Made by a program: the position numbers and the translations under genes. DNA of 64,000 nt from Hormiphora californensis (Eukaryota > Animalia > Ctenophora): positions 2,170,001 to 2,234,000 of the forward strand of contig CM035356.1 in the NCBI GenBank assembly GCA_020137815.1. Reading direction: 5' to 3'. Below are positions 12,601 through 28,000 of this stretch, piece after piece. Every line of letters begins with the position of its first letter. The stretch's first letter is position 1. The notes beneath the pieces were generated by a model that was given only the letters and a program-made list of their open reading frames with translations, made no database searches and was not told where the DNA came from.

Positions 12601-15049
12601 TCTCTCCTAGCTAAGGTCTTGATGATTAAAAGCTAGGTGTGAGCAGTGCGAAGTCAGATTGAATGCCCTCACTTCCAAAGAAAGTGCTAGTGTAAATCTT
12701 CATGAAGATTGTCGTGATCATATCTTGATCGGTCTAGCTAGCTTTACTACTGCCAATTAATGTCCTTTTCCGCTAGAAATCTAACTGTACTATAAAATTC
12801 TTCTGAACCCCGGCACAAATCAAGAAAATTAGGATGGTAATCAATAAAAATGGCTCCCGATCCAGCTAAATGCAATGTTTTTATATTTGTTAAAAAGCCC
12901 CACTGGTTTTAATTACTTTTTTTCAATAAACCAACCCCAAAACTAATACCATACAGTTTGGGTTCTTTTTCCCTGTCGCTTTTGGGGGGAAAACTAATAA
13001 AACGAAATCCGTGACGCGCGCAAACCGTGCCCAAATCAGGGCGCTATTACGTGCGACCCCATAAATTTTTTTTTGCCGCGCTTTTGCACCTGCCGTCTCC
13101 TTACTGTATTTTGCGTTACCGAAATTTTGCTGAAAGCAGCACTGTAAGCGGTACTGTATGGCCTATACTAGGCTTTGTAGAGCTGAGTAAGACCGTGATT
13201 ATTCTACAAACTCGACTAGGGGCTTGTGGGCTCTGTGAGGCTTCGGTAGATCAGCTAGGAGAGCCATGATTAGGGCTCTGTGCCCTTGGGTGCGTAAAAC
13301 GCTCTGTTTTTAAAGCCCAAAGGGAAAATCGTACTGACACAAGGATGTCCATTGTTCGTACGATTTTTCGCAACTCAAACGGGACTATTTTTCGAAATCT
13401 AATTCCCAAAAAGGGTTTTTCCATTCATAAAACTAATTCGATATGCCGTCCTGCACTATATGACCCCTTTAACTAAACCCCTAGCCTAGTACTCTCTTTG
13501 TGTTACATTCGAAAAACAGAGAGCCCCAGTCCGGGATCGGTTAAACCAAAGCTTTCACATTTATTTCTGCTTTTTGTTGTCAACACTCGATTTATTATGC
13601 GAATCTTTGAATAATATGGCGTTATGTGGGTGGTTATGAAGTTGATGCAGTCTTCATATATGATTAGGCGGACGATATAGATTGACAATGAAAACGTGAT
13701 CACTGATCTGAAAACGTGTGATGAGATTGGTGTTTAATTTGCTATGTGTCGTCGTGTACTGTCATGACTATGTATAATGTGTGACAGTGTGTTATGTACT
13801 CCACACAAATATTAAAACTGTTTTAGGGATTTTAAGGCGGGGTCCAAGGCGTAAAGGGGCTATTTTTTAACCAAGGTCTAACCGCCTTCTGCTGGGAATG
13901 TGTACACGCTCATTCCTGCACATCCTAAAGCTCCACCCTACATTTAGCTTTTGAGAGTTTTGTGTGCCATTTAGAAGGTGTATTATAATGTACGAGTGTA
14001 GTAGATCTGTAGTTTGAATCGTTCACAGTACCAAGCAAGTCATGCTTTGGTGTGTGTGTACATTATGTTCCTCTCTATCTCAAGCTGTCAGAGCATTGGC
14101 TTGACCCTATTCTCGGAGCGTGCGAACTGTGGTCAAGCATTGGTCTGACAGACCTCAAGTTGATTATTTCAGGGATTCAAATTCAGTGATCTGTTAAACC
14201 TGATTGTTGTAGTTGGTATGATAGTTGGATGGGCAGTTGGATGGGTTTCAATTGGTTGCGTGATGTCTATTTAATTGCTTGGTCAATGATGTAAAACTAA
14301 AATGCAGATCTGGCATCTGCCAGCTGCTATGACGTATGATCGTTATCTTCTACTTCGATCTTTTTTCCCTGTTTTGCTCGAGAGAGACGCTTGTTTGTAA
14401 TTATAGCGATTGAATTGTAACATGTGTGTATCGATTACGCGTTGTCTGAATCGATCTTAAACATCTGTATGACTATCAGTATCGTAATAGGTCTATCCTG
14501 GGATACATGTCTTAGATGACAGCTGGTACATAATTATACATCTCAATGAACTGAATACGAGTCTTTCAGTAACGGTCCTCCTGATAGAAGGCTTGATGAT
14601 TAGACTCAGAATGAGAGAAATCTGAGATTGTTCGATAGTTCGATAGTTATGTCTATGACCTTAGATATCAATTCTTCCTATAGTTTTATTATCAGACTTA
14701 AATCAAACGTACTTGAATTAACTTTTCATTTCAGAGCCAAACGGTTTCTTGTTAATTACCCTAATTTTCCATCCGTTAATGAAGGTGATATCACAACTTG
14801 TTTTCGATAGAAATTACCGAATTGTCGACGCCTCACCCGTTATTACAACTTGTCTCGTATTGTTTTGTTTTAAAAAACTTTAGTTCTAGCAAATTGTTCA
14901 CAGTACAATATATATTGTTTCAATGGTACTTCCGAGCGAGAAGCTTTTGTTGATCTTCCTTTTCCTCCATTTTCACAGTTGTATAGCTGGATTCATTGTT
15001 TAGGGGCGTGGGAGAGAACGTAAGAGAGAGAGAGAGAGAGAAGCATACT

Positions 15050-15139
<90 letters not shown>

Positions 15140-17323
15140 CGAACGAGAATAGAACATAGATGGGACTAATGGTGGGACTGAGAGGCTTTGTACTGCCATT
15201 ATGTACGCTCCAAGGCGCCCTCAATAGATCAATGCTTTGTGCAGGTGTTCAGTATAATAGAAGCAAGGGGTTGAAGCAGAGCATTAGGCTCTTTCTTAAT
15301 TTGTACCCTTGCTTAGGGAAGTTTAGGCGTTTAGCAGAGCATACAGTTGTGTATTTTAGTGATGGTATTGGTACAATCTAGCTTAATTTTAAATTTATAT
15401 AAGCTGACTGGTTTTTAGAATTTGTAAACTATACGAACCATTTGGCACAATTTGTTAAATGCTTGCGATTACACAATATATATAGAGTTCGCTTTATTAA
15501 ACTAGGCTTTGTAATATGTATTTAGTTCTAGCTCAACTTTGTTGACTAACTTCATGGCCAACTCCAAGTACACTCTAAATCATATCTCTCTCCCCTATTT
15601 CAGCAAAGGCTGTCTGTCACTGGTGGCTACAGGATCTATACATTCAAATTCTCTGGAAGAAAACAAATTAGCAACCAGCTGGGAAGTGGTGATCCGATAT
15701 GAAACTAGCCGATATTAGAGCTTTATACTGAGAGAGTGTGGAAACAACTTATAGAAAACACGTAAGTTGAAGTTGAAGTTTCTGTGTTTCAGTTTATAAC
15801 TTTTTGGTCGTGAATCTTGATGATTCACGGCCAAAAATGATCCATAGACATTCACTTTCTTTAGATTACATTGAAAAGGATCTGTGAGAATTCGATTTAA
15901 ATTCCATCTCCAAAATGTCCCATTCATAACTCTGCTAAACGAGCTATGTAGTTGTACACTGAACTTCTCTTGCCAAGTAAATCAAATTCTCCCACACGTA
16001 TTGGGTGATTAGGTTTACAAAAACAGCATGTGTTCATATATAATATTTGTCACGCAGTAACTGGGTTTTTTCTTGCAAATCTCCCGACTTAGTAACACTG
16101 CATTGTATTGCTATTTTCTGTTGTTGAAGTTTGTGTCTCCAGTCTGACAGAGCAGCGAGCCATCAAATTCAATAGACATAAACCAAAGACATGCTTTTGT
16201 AAAACATCATGTAATCTACATTTGAACTTGCATATATGGAGTACTGCATAATTTAATTTCATTTTGCTAGTACATATCTACCTGTCTGGCGCCGCCGACG
16301 CCATCTGAGCGCACTGAGAATTGGGGTCTGGCGCCGCCAGACAGGTATCTATCGAACAGTCACGGTCGAACACCGCCGCTTGCAGTATTTCTAGTATGGA
16401 TAAGGATCATTGTCGTTTATCTAATTTGTCCATATAATTCGGCATATTCCCCTAGATCTCCTTTGAAAAACATATATATCCAAGGTATATTTCCTTTGTT
16501 TTGTTTCTAGTCTATGGCAACTGAAAAGTTGCAGTATCTAAATTGCAACTTCATGCTGCAAACTTTAGTTCTTGTCATGGAAAAGCAGAAGAGGTTCTAT
16601 TCAGAACATTCCAGAATATTCCAGAACTGTGTTCAGAACGCTGTTCAGTGTTCATGAACTTCTCGGAAAAATATCCGACTAGATAATTCGTGGACCATTT
16701 AAACGATTCATATCTTGACTACAAAGCTACGCTGTTTTGTAGTTCAAAATTACGTCATTGAACAGCTTCGTGGATCTCAACATGCTGTGGATACCACCAA
16801 CGAACGTGTCGCGGGTGGTATTTGGTGGAGAATCTCCACTGCATGCATACCACCCGCGACACTCCACTGGAGATTGATCGTGATGATCATTTTATCATTT
16901 CGGGACGCGATATAAAACATGTTTTGCTCTACCTCACAGTGTCCAAGAAGCGGGTCATTGCCGATGTTTACACTGTAAACTGTTCTGCATGCTCACTATT
17001 ATACAATGTAATGAGTTAACTTCAACTTCACATGTCATTTGAAGTTGAAGTTAAGTAGTCGACCACTAGATTACCAGATTTGTATTGCGTATAGTGAGTA
17101 GAGCGAGGTAGGTAGTGACTCACTAAGTGAGTAGAGCGAGAGAGGTGCACCCTTGTGGTCTATTGAGATGAATACTATAACCAGTTATAGGTGCACAATG
17201 CACATATATATTGGTATGTTATTGCACATGCTTACTCAACAAGCACATGCAGCTTAGTATAACGACACTTGCAATAAGTACCTAGTTGCAAGTAGTCAAC
17301 AATGTTCACTTGTTGTTCTTTAG

Positions 17324-17533
<210 letters not shown>

Positions 17534-17913
17534 ATGAGTATACTGATATTGTTCACTTCTCACCATAAAGCTTGCACTACTACTGCACTACTAGTACACT
17601 GTACACTAGCCTTGTTGTCTGTCCTGACTACACCGACCATATTCCAACACAAGTGTGCTACTTCCGACACTTTTAAAGTGTGCTGCTCGTCTTACTACTT
17701 TGTGTTACGCTTTATGATCTTTTGTTTGGAAATAAAGGAGCTGAGACAGAGAGACAGAGAGGCAAAAGCCATTTTCCATTATATATGTTCGGTGGAACTG
17801 ACATGTTGTTGTCAGCTTGTTTTTAGAGTACATAATGTTCTGAGTAAATGAAACTAATTTTACCCAGTTACTGTTCGCCCCAATTTGACATAGTCAATAG
17901 AGAGAAAGAGAGA

Positions 17914-18022
<109 letters not shown>

Positions 18023-18802
18023 CGACGGAGAGAAAAAGAGAATTTGCTGACGGCAGAAAAAAGCTATTGAAATGGGTGAAATATGTGCGTGTTTTTGTCG
18101 GCAATGGTCAGCTCTATCAGTTAGTTGCATTCTGACGTGAATCTATATTTTGTGACGTCACGATGAGAATAATATGGTGATGTTACCATGGTTACCAGTG
18201 GATGTTTCAAACTCAGTAAAATGTGTACTCAACATGGGAATCTTGCTATCCTAATTTGAATTTATGCCCAAGGATTGTTTTAGAATCTTTTGTGCCTTTT
18301 TCTCTTGCCGCCGCAACTGTATCTTGTGCACTCTCTCTCTCTCTCCCTTTATAGGTCTCCTTCAATCGAGATTAGCATTTTCTGTCTCTTTTCCCTCTCT
18401 TTCTCTCCTTTTTTTTCTATCCATCACTCTATCTCTATGTCTCTCTCCCTTGCTTATCTCGTATCTGTGCCAGAACAGAGCACTTTTTGTTCAGGGACCA
18501 GTTCATATGTGTTTTATGTTTTATCAGTAATTCCTATTTCCTATGCATGCTCTATTGGGTTTTGTACACCTTGAAAATTGAGGTTTTTCTTTTGTTTACT
18601 CGCATACACATGCACCTGTAGCTCTGTCCCTAGATCTGTTTTAACCTAGATATTGCCTTTGCCAGATGGCATATATATTTGTTTGATTCTATCAGCTGTA
18701 ACCTAGAGACACCTAATTAATCATTCCGCTGCTTCAAGTATCCTAGGAGACATGAGTTATTCCTCCATCTCTAACCCCCTCCTCCCTCTCAGTATCAGAG
18801 AT

Positions 18803-20745
18803 ATGAGATTGCCATGGGCTCTGATAGTGTTACTGGCAGCATTGATGCCTCCCCCGACCTTAGCAGAAACCAAAACTAATCTTACTATGGGCCTACTGGT
18901 GCCCTGGGAGGGGTCTTCTTGGGACGAGGGACCGAGGTAAGTCCTTCAATGAGGATTCTTTTTTGAAATCCTATATATAATCCAAAGTTCTTATCCTAAG
19001 AACAGTGGACACTGTTCCTGATCACTGATAAGATCAGGGCCCTTATCCCCAACACTATCTCTTCCAGCTTCCTCAGTTCCCCTTCCTCTCTCTCCTAACC
19101 CTTCCTATCTTCAGGGCGATAGCAGCAGCGTTTTTGGCGATGGAGGAGATCAACAACTCAAGTTCGATCCTCCCCAACTATTACCTTGATATTGAATGGA
19201 AGGATGGGGGTTGTAGTAGTCCCATGTCCCTGGCTAACATTACTGATCTATGGAAGGAAGAGTAAGTGAGGGAGTTGGTTGAGGGGGTTCAAGAGTAGGG
19301 GAATGTTGGACCGGGATTGGGATTTTGGCGGGTGGATTAATAGGAGTTGGGGATTAGTTTTCTGACATTTCTCCTACTTTGTTTCTGTACGAGATTTTGA
19401 TTTCTTTCTGCAATTTCAGAAGGTACGGAATCAATTAAATGCCCCCTATCGGTCAACCTAGAGAGTATAACAAAACCCCAAATTCTTCTACATCTCTCAC
19501 TTTTGCAGCATGTTTTGTTAACAAAAATATAAATCTTGCGGCCGCCGGCCATGCTACATATTATAGTGCAAGAAGTGTAGTAAATTTAATGATAATTTCA
19601 TTGAATGGCTTAGAAGAAATTAAAATTCAGCCAAAAGTAACCAATAAACAGCATTGCATCCAATGATTTATGTTCTTAATCATGCCTTGCAAATCTTTAA
19701 TGGCTAATCTTAATCCTCCCACTTCCCTGCAATATTTTCTCACAAAAACAGTGACCCCCTTGTCACCCCTTACTCAACAAGACCCCCTTGTATGCCTCTA
19801 TTGACTAGAGATCTGTTCTCTCATATATCCCTATAATTATCTACATGTACACTGTGACCTTGAAGGCTGAGGTGCCCACACCAGACACCTATCCCATGAT
19901 AACATCCTGACACCCCCCCCCCCCCATCTCTTCAGTGTCTCAGTATTCATTGGTCCTGCGTGCTCCCTGGCGTGTGAGAACACTGGCCATCTGGCCGCCC
20001 ATTGGAACCTCCCGATGATCAGTTGGGCATGTGCCAGCCCCACTCTGTCTGATAAAACAGTGTATCCCACTTTTGTTAGGACTGCTGGACCTTATAACAC
20101 CCTGGGGAAACCTTTCGCAGGTGAGAGAAAGTATAGGGGTTCACAAAAGGGCAAAGGTATGCCTGATCAGAAACCTGACGAGCTGAAAGTTTTGGCTTGT
20201 TAGGTTTCTGATATCCTGCATGGATATATTAGACCAGCTTCTGTAATTTAAGGTTCCATTTGGTGGGATAATCTCACGATGTAAAAAAATCAACTTACCC
20301 CCCCCCCCCACATCAATTCACCAGCCCATAACCCCGCCCCACATTAATTCACCTGCCCATAACCCCGGGGCCCCTGACTTTCGGTTGTGTCGCTCTAGGT
20401 TGCGAGTTAAATTCTGCCCTTCTCTTATCTTTGTAAATTTGCCCTCTAATTCTGAGGCCTCTACCATGCTCCAACCTGCCATCGTTCAACAGAATACATC
20501 CCAACTCATCTCAACTACCTACAACTACCTACAACAACTATCAAGGATCCATATCAGATAAGAACCTGTCTGTCGGTCTGTCTTGTGTCTGTCTGTCTGT
20601 CGTTTTGCCTCTCTTTTTCCTCGTTTCTTTTATCTCTTTACTCTATCCCGTTTTTTGCGGTTGCCTCGGGGTTGCCTCAGTTCTCTACCTCGTTTCTCCT
20701 CTTTCCTCCCTCCCTCTCTCTCCCTCTCTTTCACTCTTCAGTTTG

Positions 20746-20836
<91 letters not shown>

Positions 20837-21916
20837 GTGTGTTAGGCCATTTATCTTCTCTTATATGTTCTTCAATATGTTTGTATTAGTATATAGTCTG
20901 ACTCACGACCTGTGAGAGACTAGCATATAACATATCCTCTTTTATATAGTCTGACTCACGACTTGTGAGGGACTACCATATAACACATATCCTCTTTTAT
21001 ATAGTCTGACTCACGACCTGTGAGGGACTACCATACAACACATATCCTCTTTTATATAGTCTGACTCACGACTTGTGAGGGACTACCATATAACACATAT
21101 CCTCTTTTATATAGTCTGACTCACGACTTGTGAGGAACTACCATATAACACATATCCTCTTTTATATAGTCTGACTCACGACTTGTGAGGGACTACCATA
21201 TAACACATATCCTCTTTTATATAGTCTGACTCACGACTTGTGAGGGACTACCATACAACACATATCCTCTTTCATATAGTCTGACTCACGACTTGTGAGG
21301 GACTAACATATAAGGGTCACCACACACCAAAGTTAAAATTAAAGTTAAAATTTGACGTTTTTGGTCATAACTCCGCCATTTCTTAGCAGAATTGCTTCAT
21401 TTTGGGCTTGTTGGAAAGAGGGCATCGAGCCCGTTCTGAACAGCCCAAGAAACTTGAAATCGGCGCAAAGTGCGCGGCGTTACAGTGCAAAATGTGTGTG
21501 TTAAAATTTTAAAATTTTAACGCGCACATTATGCGCCTTAACGCCGCGCACTTTGCGCCGATTTCAAGTTTCTTGGGCTGTTCAGAACGGGCTCGATGCC
21601 CTCTTTCCAACAAGCCCAAAATGAAGCAATTTTGCCAAGAAATGGCAGAGTTATGACCAAAAACGTCAAATTTTAATTTTAATTTTAACTTTGGTGTGTG
21701 GTGACCCTTACACATATCCTCTTTTATAAAGTCTGGCCCACGACCTGTGGGAGATTACCATTTACAACCTTTTCTCCTTATACTTACACTATATATATAA
21801 TAATATAAACTATACTATATAAATAATATACATTGACTTCACATGTAGAATTGGTCTGACCTCGTATAGGGAAGAGTTTCTTCTTTCTTTTTTCTCTCTT
21901 TTCTTCTCTCTTCCTT

Positions 21917-22004
<88 letters not shown>

Positions 22005-25000
22005 CCCCTTTTTCTTTCCCCCCTCTATCTCCCTCTCTTTCCCACTTTCTCCTCGTTAGGCGGCATTTTTCTTTCCCGCCACTTTCTTCTAGCAGTTTCT
22101 CTCTTTCTCTTCTTCATCTCTTCCAGCTCCAGCCTATTTCCGTCCCTTTCTCCTTTTTCATCTCTTTCTCTCTCCTGTTTTAGTTCTTACTCTCTCTTCC
22201 TTCTCTTCATCTCCCCATTCTTGCCCCAGTCTGTTATCTCTTTCTCTACCCCTTCTGGTATCCACCGCTTAAACCCTATTAGGCTCCCTACCATCCCACT
22301 TTCTTCTTATCTTCTGTATCCCAGTTCCAGACTACCATCCCCATTACTAGATTTAGTCCGTCCATTACTTCATTTCACTCACTCTCACTACTGTAATTCA
22401 GTAGGAGCCAGCCGGATCTCTCTTTTCACAACTCACCTCCACTCACTCTCCACTCACTCTCATCATCGATGCCAGACCCATTCTCAAGTTCCTTCACACC
22501 ATTGACTTCCGCGCACTCGTATTTTTGTGACTCTATTTCTGACTCGACTGTACTTTTTTCTTTTACACTTCTTTTTCCAATCTTGTTATTTTCTTTGGTT
22601 CTACCCCAATTCACCCTACCTTCCCATCCTCTCCTACCCTACCTTACTCCCTTCCCCCCCCCCCCCCCCTTAGGCATATATATATTAATATACATCTCGA
22701 TGTTATATTATAAGGTCTTTCCCCTGTCCTGTACTCGTATATCTGTTCTTGCATCCCAACTCACAAGGAAATAGAAGCCATGATAAGATCCGTCGCATCC
22801 TGGCTGCTATCTCCACGCCCGCCACCTTTCCTACCACCCAGGTTATGGTTACCACGGCCCAAAATCTCCTGGTGGTTCTGTAATGCAGTGTTAACTGGAA
22901 TGACAGCCATATCGCTCTACCACGATCAGCCAAGCACACACAGCTTCCACCCATTTAATATATTCATGAAAACTATATCCACTCCGTTCACTTCCCCTTT
23001 CCCATATACCTTACCCTCCAACTGTTACAGGAACTATGTCTTGACTTAACTACAACGGACGATAATCCTTCATACATCCACCCTCCATTATAGCCATTCT
23101 GATCTCCCCGACTGTCCTCGAGTCATCATGGGGACCTCTCAGATCAGAAATGTGCTCCTCAACCTCTCTCTTCTATTCTTCCCGATTCCCACTTCTTCCA
23201 AAATCCCTCCACGTCGGAGACACTTCAAGATCCGGCACGATACCCAGGACAGCGATGTCGCCCGCATCAGACTCTGTGTTCGGTACCAACAAGGGTACCA
23301 CTGGGTATCGTGTATGTCGGTTGGAGTAAGACTGAGTTACTGGGGTCTCCCCTATATTTTCCATCAAGGCTAGCATGAAAATACTATCAGAGTAGACCAA
23401 GATGAGGGGGAGAACTCAGTATCCCAGGTTCCTAAGACGTCTTTAACAAACAAACAAACAAACAAACCCCGGGGCCCCTTCTGTATTTTGTGTCCCAGAT
23501 TTCACAAAGCAGCTTGTTGTAATATCATCCCCTCTCCTGTAGAACTGATGAAGGAGTTCAAGTGGTACCGGTGTGCTATCATCTCAGCCAATCAGAATCT
23601 CTACAGTCAATCAGCACGATATATCCAGAAGGTTCTAGAGAGTGTAAGTTATTAAAATCATGATTAATACCAGTTGCAGGGACACTACACACATTACAAG
23701 TAGTGGTTGAAAAATGAGGTAATGACGTCTGAAGGCTTGTAAAAGATTAATCAACCTAAGTTTCATCCCCTCCCTCTCTCCTCAGGAGAAAGTATCAAAC
23801 AACACGGAGGATTGTAAACCAGGAAGTGATGATTGTATGATCAAGGTGGTCATGTACAAACAGTTCTTCTCCGGAAAGAATCCTGGTGCTAACCAGACTC
23901 TGGAGATGGAGAGACAAGAACTGATCAGTGAGATCAAGGATCGTGCTAGAAGTAAGTGTTAATTAATTAATTAATCAAATAATTAAATAACTCCTTGATA
24001 AACATCTCATTTCGCTCAGCTGTTCTTTTAATTGTTTGATTAACTAATGACCAATTAAATAATTAAATCTCCCCTTCAGTTATTTTTATACTCGGCTACA
24101 CGGACGACGTCCGAGACTTCCTGCTTCGAGCAAGAGAGGCTGAGATGTTGGATGGGTATGTGTGGATTGGGGTGGATATAATCTCCCACAAGGCCAGCGG
24201 GTGGATGATTAACGATGGGGACCGAGACTGGATGGCAAAGGAAGCCATGCAAGGTGAGCTGGTAGTGATTACTACAGCTAGTGAGGGTAGTGATCATGTC
24301 CATCACTTCTGTACTTCCACCCTTCACCCCTGTTTCTCTCCCTCCCCTAGGGTTCATCCCAACCCAATTTCCCTTAGTCGAGTGACCCCTTACTCAACCC
24401 AATCCCCCTACAGGTTTTATCTCATACACGGTAGCGGTTCCTGAGTCCGCTACATACCGTGAGTTCGAGGCGGAGGCGAAGCAATACACAAACCAGCACT
24501 TCGGTATAACTCCTGAATATGTAAATAACCAATTAATTAGCTAATTAATTACCACTTTGATTCATCTGATTTTGACTGATTTTGATTACATCGTGTCAGC
24601 TGTTGTTTTCTTTCTGTGCTGCAAGCTTGCATATAAAACATCTGTGGTATCCATCTTAATCCCCCTCCCCATCTTAATCCCCTTCTCCCTCTCCAGATAA
24701 GTTCGTACGCCCAGAATCTCTATGATGCTGTTTACCTATACTCACTGGCTCTAGGACAAGCCATCTCAGATAACCCTTCAACGAATGCTACCGACTTGAT
24801 AAAAGATGGAAAACTATTGGCTGGCTATATGATGAACTATACGTTCGATGGTAAGCATCATGTTTATTTTCCGTTGGTGTAATCACTGCGGATGGTTTTC
24901 TAAAAGTAACATCTTATCACCTCGCAGCGCTCGGCCGGAAGGTTGTGATAAACGCCCAGGGAGACAGAGAAAGTGATTACCAAATCCTGAGTTACACGGG

Positions 25001-28000
25001 GGAGGAGTTCAAAGTGATCGGATCGTATATTTCGGTGGATAATAAAATCACAATACAGAGCAGTGGTTGGGAGTTCCCTGGGAATAGGAGTTTGAGTGAT
25101 CCACCTGCTACCTGTGGAGAGGACGGGTACATCTGCTTGGATGCCGCACGTGAGTTTAGGGGACTGGGGGCTGGGCCAGAATTTAGTGATTAGCTCTAGC
25201 TCTACGGGGACTACGGTTCAAAAGATAGAGCCGAGAGAGGGATGGAGAGTTTTTGAAATTGGAAGATGACCACTGCAGTTCTGATAAACTTCCTAACTCC
25301 CAACTCTCTCTCTGTAGATTACTCATCGGACAAGTATGTGATAGCGATTGTAGCAGTTCTCCTAGTCATTGTTATCATCTGTATCTCTATCTTCATCTGG
25401 TAAGTCATCATACTTTTATTTTGCTGCCCATTTAGTAGAGATCTATATTGAATATACTGAACTCCGAATTACTCCGGAGACCGGTCCCCAACTCCCATAA
25501 ACCCCAAATTCCCATTACTACAAACCCCCAACACCCATTACAAACACGCAATTCCACCTATCCAGGCGTCGTCATGAACAAGCGGAGCGAGATAAAAAGT
25601 TGTGGATTGTCCCCTATAATGAACTACACATGGTGGGAAACAAATTCCGATCTTCTCTCAGCATAGTAAGTTTCAGAATCCCTACATGGCCCCTGGGCGC
25701 TTTTCAGCGCTGTGATTAGCCTGACCAAGTTGCTGTGCTTCGTGATTTATCGATATATTGTATATGTGTACCTGTGGGGGCTGTGTGTCATGTACTACAT
25801 ATCATCCCCTCTATTGTGCAGCATGCCGCCCCCCATTTCCTGTTCTGCAGAACAATCTCACATGTAGTTCTAGAATCCATACTGACCCCTATTATAAGGG
25901 CCCCTCTTTGCTAATAGCAATAGGGCAAATTGCTATTATGCCTTGGTGCTGCATTCACAAACTGCTTTTTATGCTGTCTCCCTTGGTCCCTTATACAAGC
26001 TGCCCCGCCCCCTGGCCCCCTATATGTATTAGCTGTCCCCCCTATATTAGCTGTCCCGCCCCTGTTTGCTGCATGAGCTACCCTCCTCCCCTCCCGCCCC
26101 CTGTTTGCTGCATGAGCTACCCTCCTCCCCTCCCGCCCCCTGTTTGCTGCATGAGCTACCCTCCTCCCCTCCCGCCCCCTGTTTGCTGCATGAGCTACCC
26201 TCCTCCCCTCCCGCCCCCTGTTTGCTGCATGAGCTACCCTCCTCCCCTCCCGCCCCCTGTTTGCTGCATGAGCTACCCTCCTCCCCTCCCGCCCCCTGTT
26301 TGCTGCATGAGCTACCCTCCTCCCCTCCCGCCCCCTGTTTGCTGCATGAGCTACCCTCCTCCCCTCCCGCCCCCTGTTTGCTGCATGAGCTACCCTCCTC
26401 CCCTCCCGCCCCCTGTTTGCTGCATGAGCTACCCTCCTCCCCTCCCGCCCCCTGTTTGCTGCATGAGCTACCCTCCTCCCCTCCCGCCCCTGTTTGCTGC
26501 ATGAGCTACCCTCCTCCCCTCCCGCCCCCTGTTTGCTGCATGAGCTACCCTCCTCCCCTCCCCGCCCCCTGTTTGCTGCATGAGCTACCCTCCTCCCCTC
26601 CCGCCCCTGTTTGCTGCATGAGCTACCCTCCTCCCCCTCCCGCCCCCTGTTTGCTGCATGAGCTACCCTCCTCCCCTCCCGCCCCCTGTTTGCTGCATGA
26701 GCTACCCTCCTCCCCCCCCCCCCCCCTGTTTGCTGCATGAGCTACCCTCCTCCCCTCCCGCCCCCTGTTTGCTGCATGAGCTACCCTCCTCCCCTCCCGC
26801 CCCTGTTTGCTGCATGAGCTACCCTCCTCCCCTCCCGCCCCCTGTTTGCTGCATGAGCTACCCTCCTCCCCTCCCGCCCCTGTTTGCTGCATGAGCTACC
26901 CTCCTCCCCTCCCGCCCCTGTTTGCTGCATGAGCTACCCTCCTCCCCTCCCGCCCCTGTTTGCTGCATGAGCTACCCTCCTCCCCTCCCGCCCCTGTTTG
27001 CTGCATGAGCTACCCTCCTTCCCTCCCGCCCCTGTTTGCTGCATGAGCTACCCTCCTCCCCTCCCGCCCCTGTTTGCTGCATGAGCTACCCTCCTCCCCT
27101 CCCGCCCCTGTTTGCTGCATGAGCTACCCTCCTCCCCTCCCGCCCCTGTTTGCTGCATGAGCTACCCTCCTCCCCTCCCGCCCCTGTTTGCTGCATGAGC
27201 TACCCTCCTCCCCTCCCGCCCCTGTTTGCTGCATGAGCTACCCTCCTCCCCTCCCGCCCCTGTTTGCTGCATGAGCTACCCTCCTCCCCTCCCGCCCCTG
27301 TTTGCTGCATGAGCTACCCTCCTCCCCTCCCGCCCCTGTTTGCTGCATGAGCTACCCTCCTCCCCTCCCGCCCCTGTTTGCTGCATGAGCTACCCTCCTC
27401 CCCTCCCGCCCCTGTTTGCTGCATGAGCTACCCTCCTCCCCTCCCGCCCCTGTTTGCTGCATGAGCTACCCTCCTCCCCTCCCGCCCCTGTTTGCTGCAT
27501 GAGCTACCCTCCTCCCCTCCCGCCCCTGTTTGCTGCATGAGCTACCCTCCTCCCCTCCCGCCCCTGTTTGCTGCATGAGCTACCCTCCTCCCCTCCCGCC
27601 CCTGTTTGCTGCATGAGCTACCCTCCTCCCCTCCCGCCCCTGTTTGCTGCATGAGCTACCCTCCTCCCCTCCCGCCCCTGTTTGCTGCATGAGCTACCCT
27701 CCTCCCCTCCCGCCCCTGTTTGCTGCATGAGCTACCCTCCTCCCCTCCCGCCCCTGTTTGCTGCATGAGCTACCCTCCTCCCCTCCCGCCCCTGTTTGCT
27801 GCATGAGCTACCCTCCTCCCCTCCCGCCCCTTATGTTTGCTGCATGAGCTGCCCTCCTAACCGATCCCACAGAACTCACTGTTTCAGAATGGAGACGATA
27901 ACTCCAATAAAAGCGCCATGTCTCTGGTCTCCAACATTGATACTTGCAAGAGCGGTGGAGACAAGGCAATTTATAAGGTACGTGCAGTATTGGGTCTCTG

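Noticed and set aside
20135-20190. Intron sequence gggttcacaaaaggg and gacgagct matching the kinase-homology exon near 30111-30136
   Set aside because: Only ~15 bp and in a different order, which is compatible with chance.
20890-21310. Regularly spaced repeats resembling a CRISPR array
   Set aside because: The units are contiguous with no unique spacers, the context is a eukaryotic intron, and there are no cas genes.
22400-23400. Coding-like composition in cyclase intron 3 (possible nested gene or retroelement fragment)
   Set aside because: No frame gave a recognisable motif or consistent splice phases.
25758-26894. Long Pro/Cys-rich or Gly-rich repetitive ORFs (248-275 aa)
   Set aside because: They are translations of the 33-bp intronic minisatellite, and the frame is lost where the unit becomes 32 bp.
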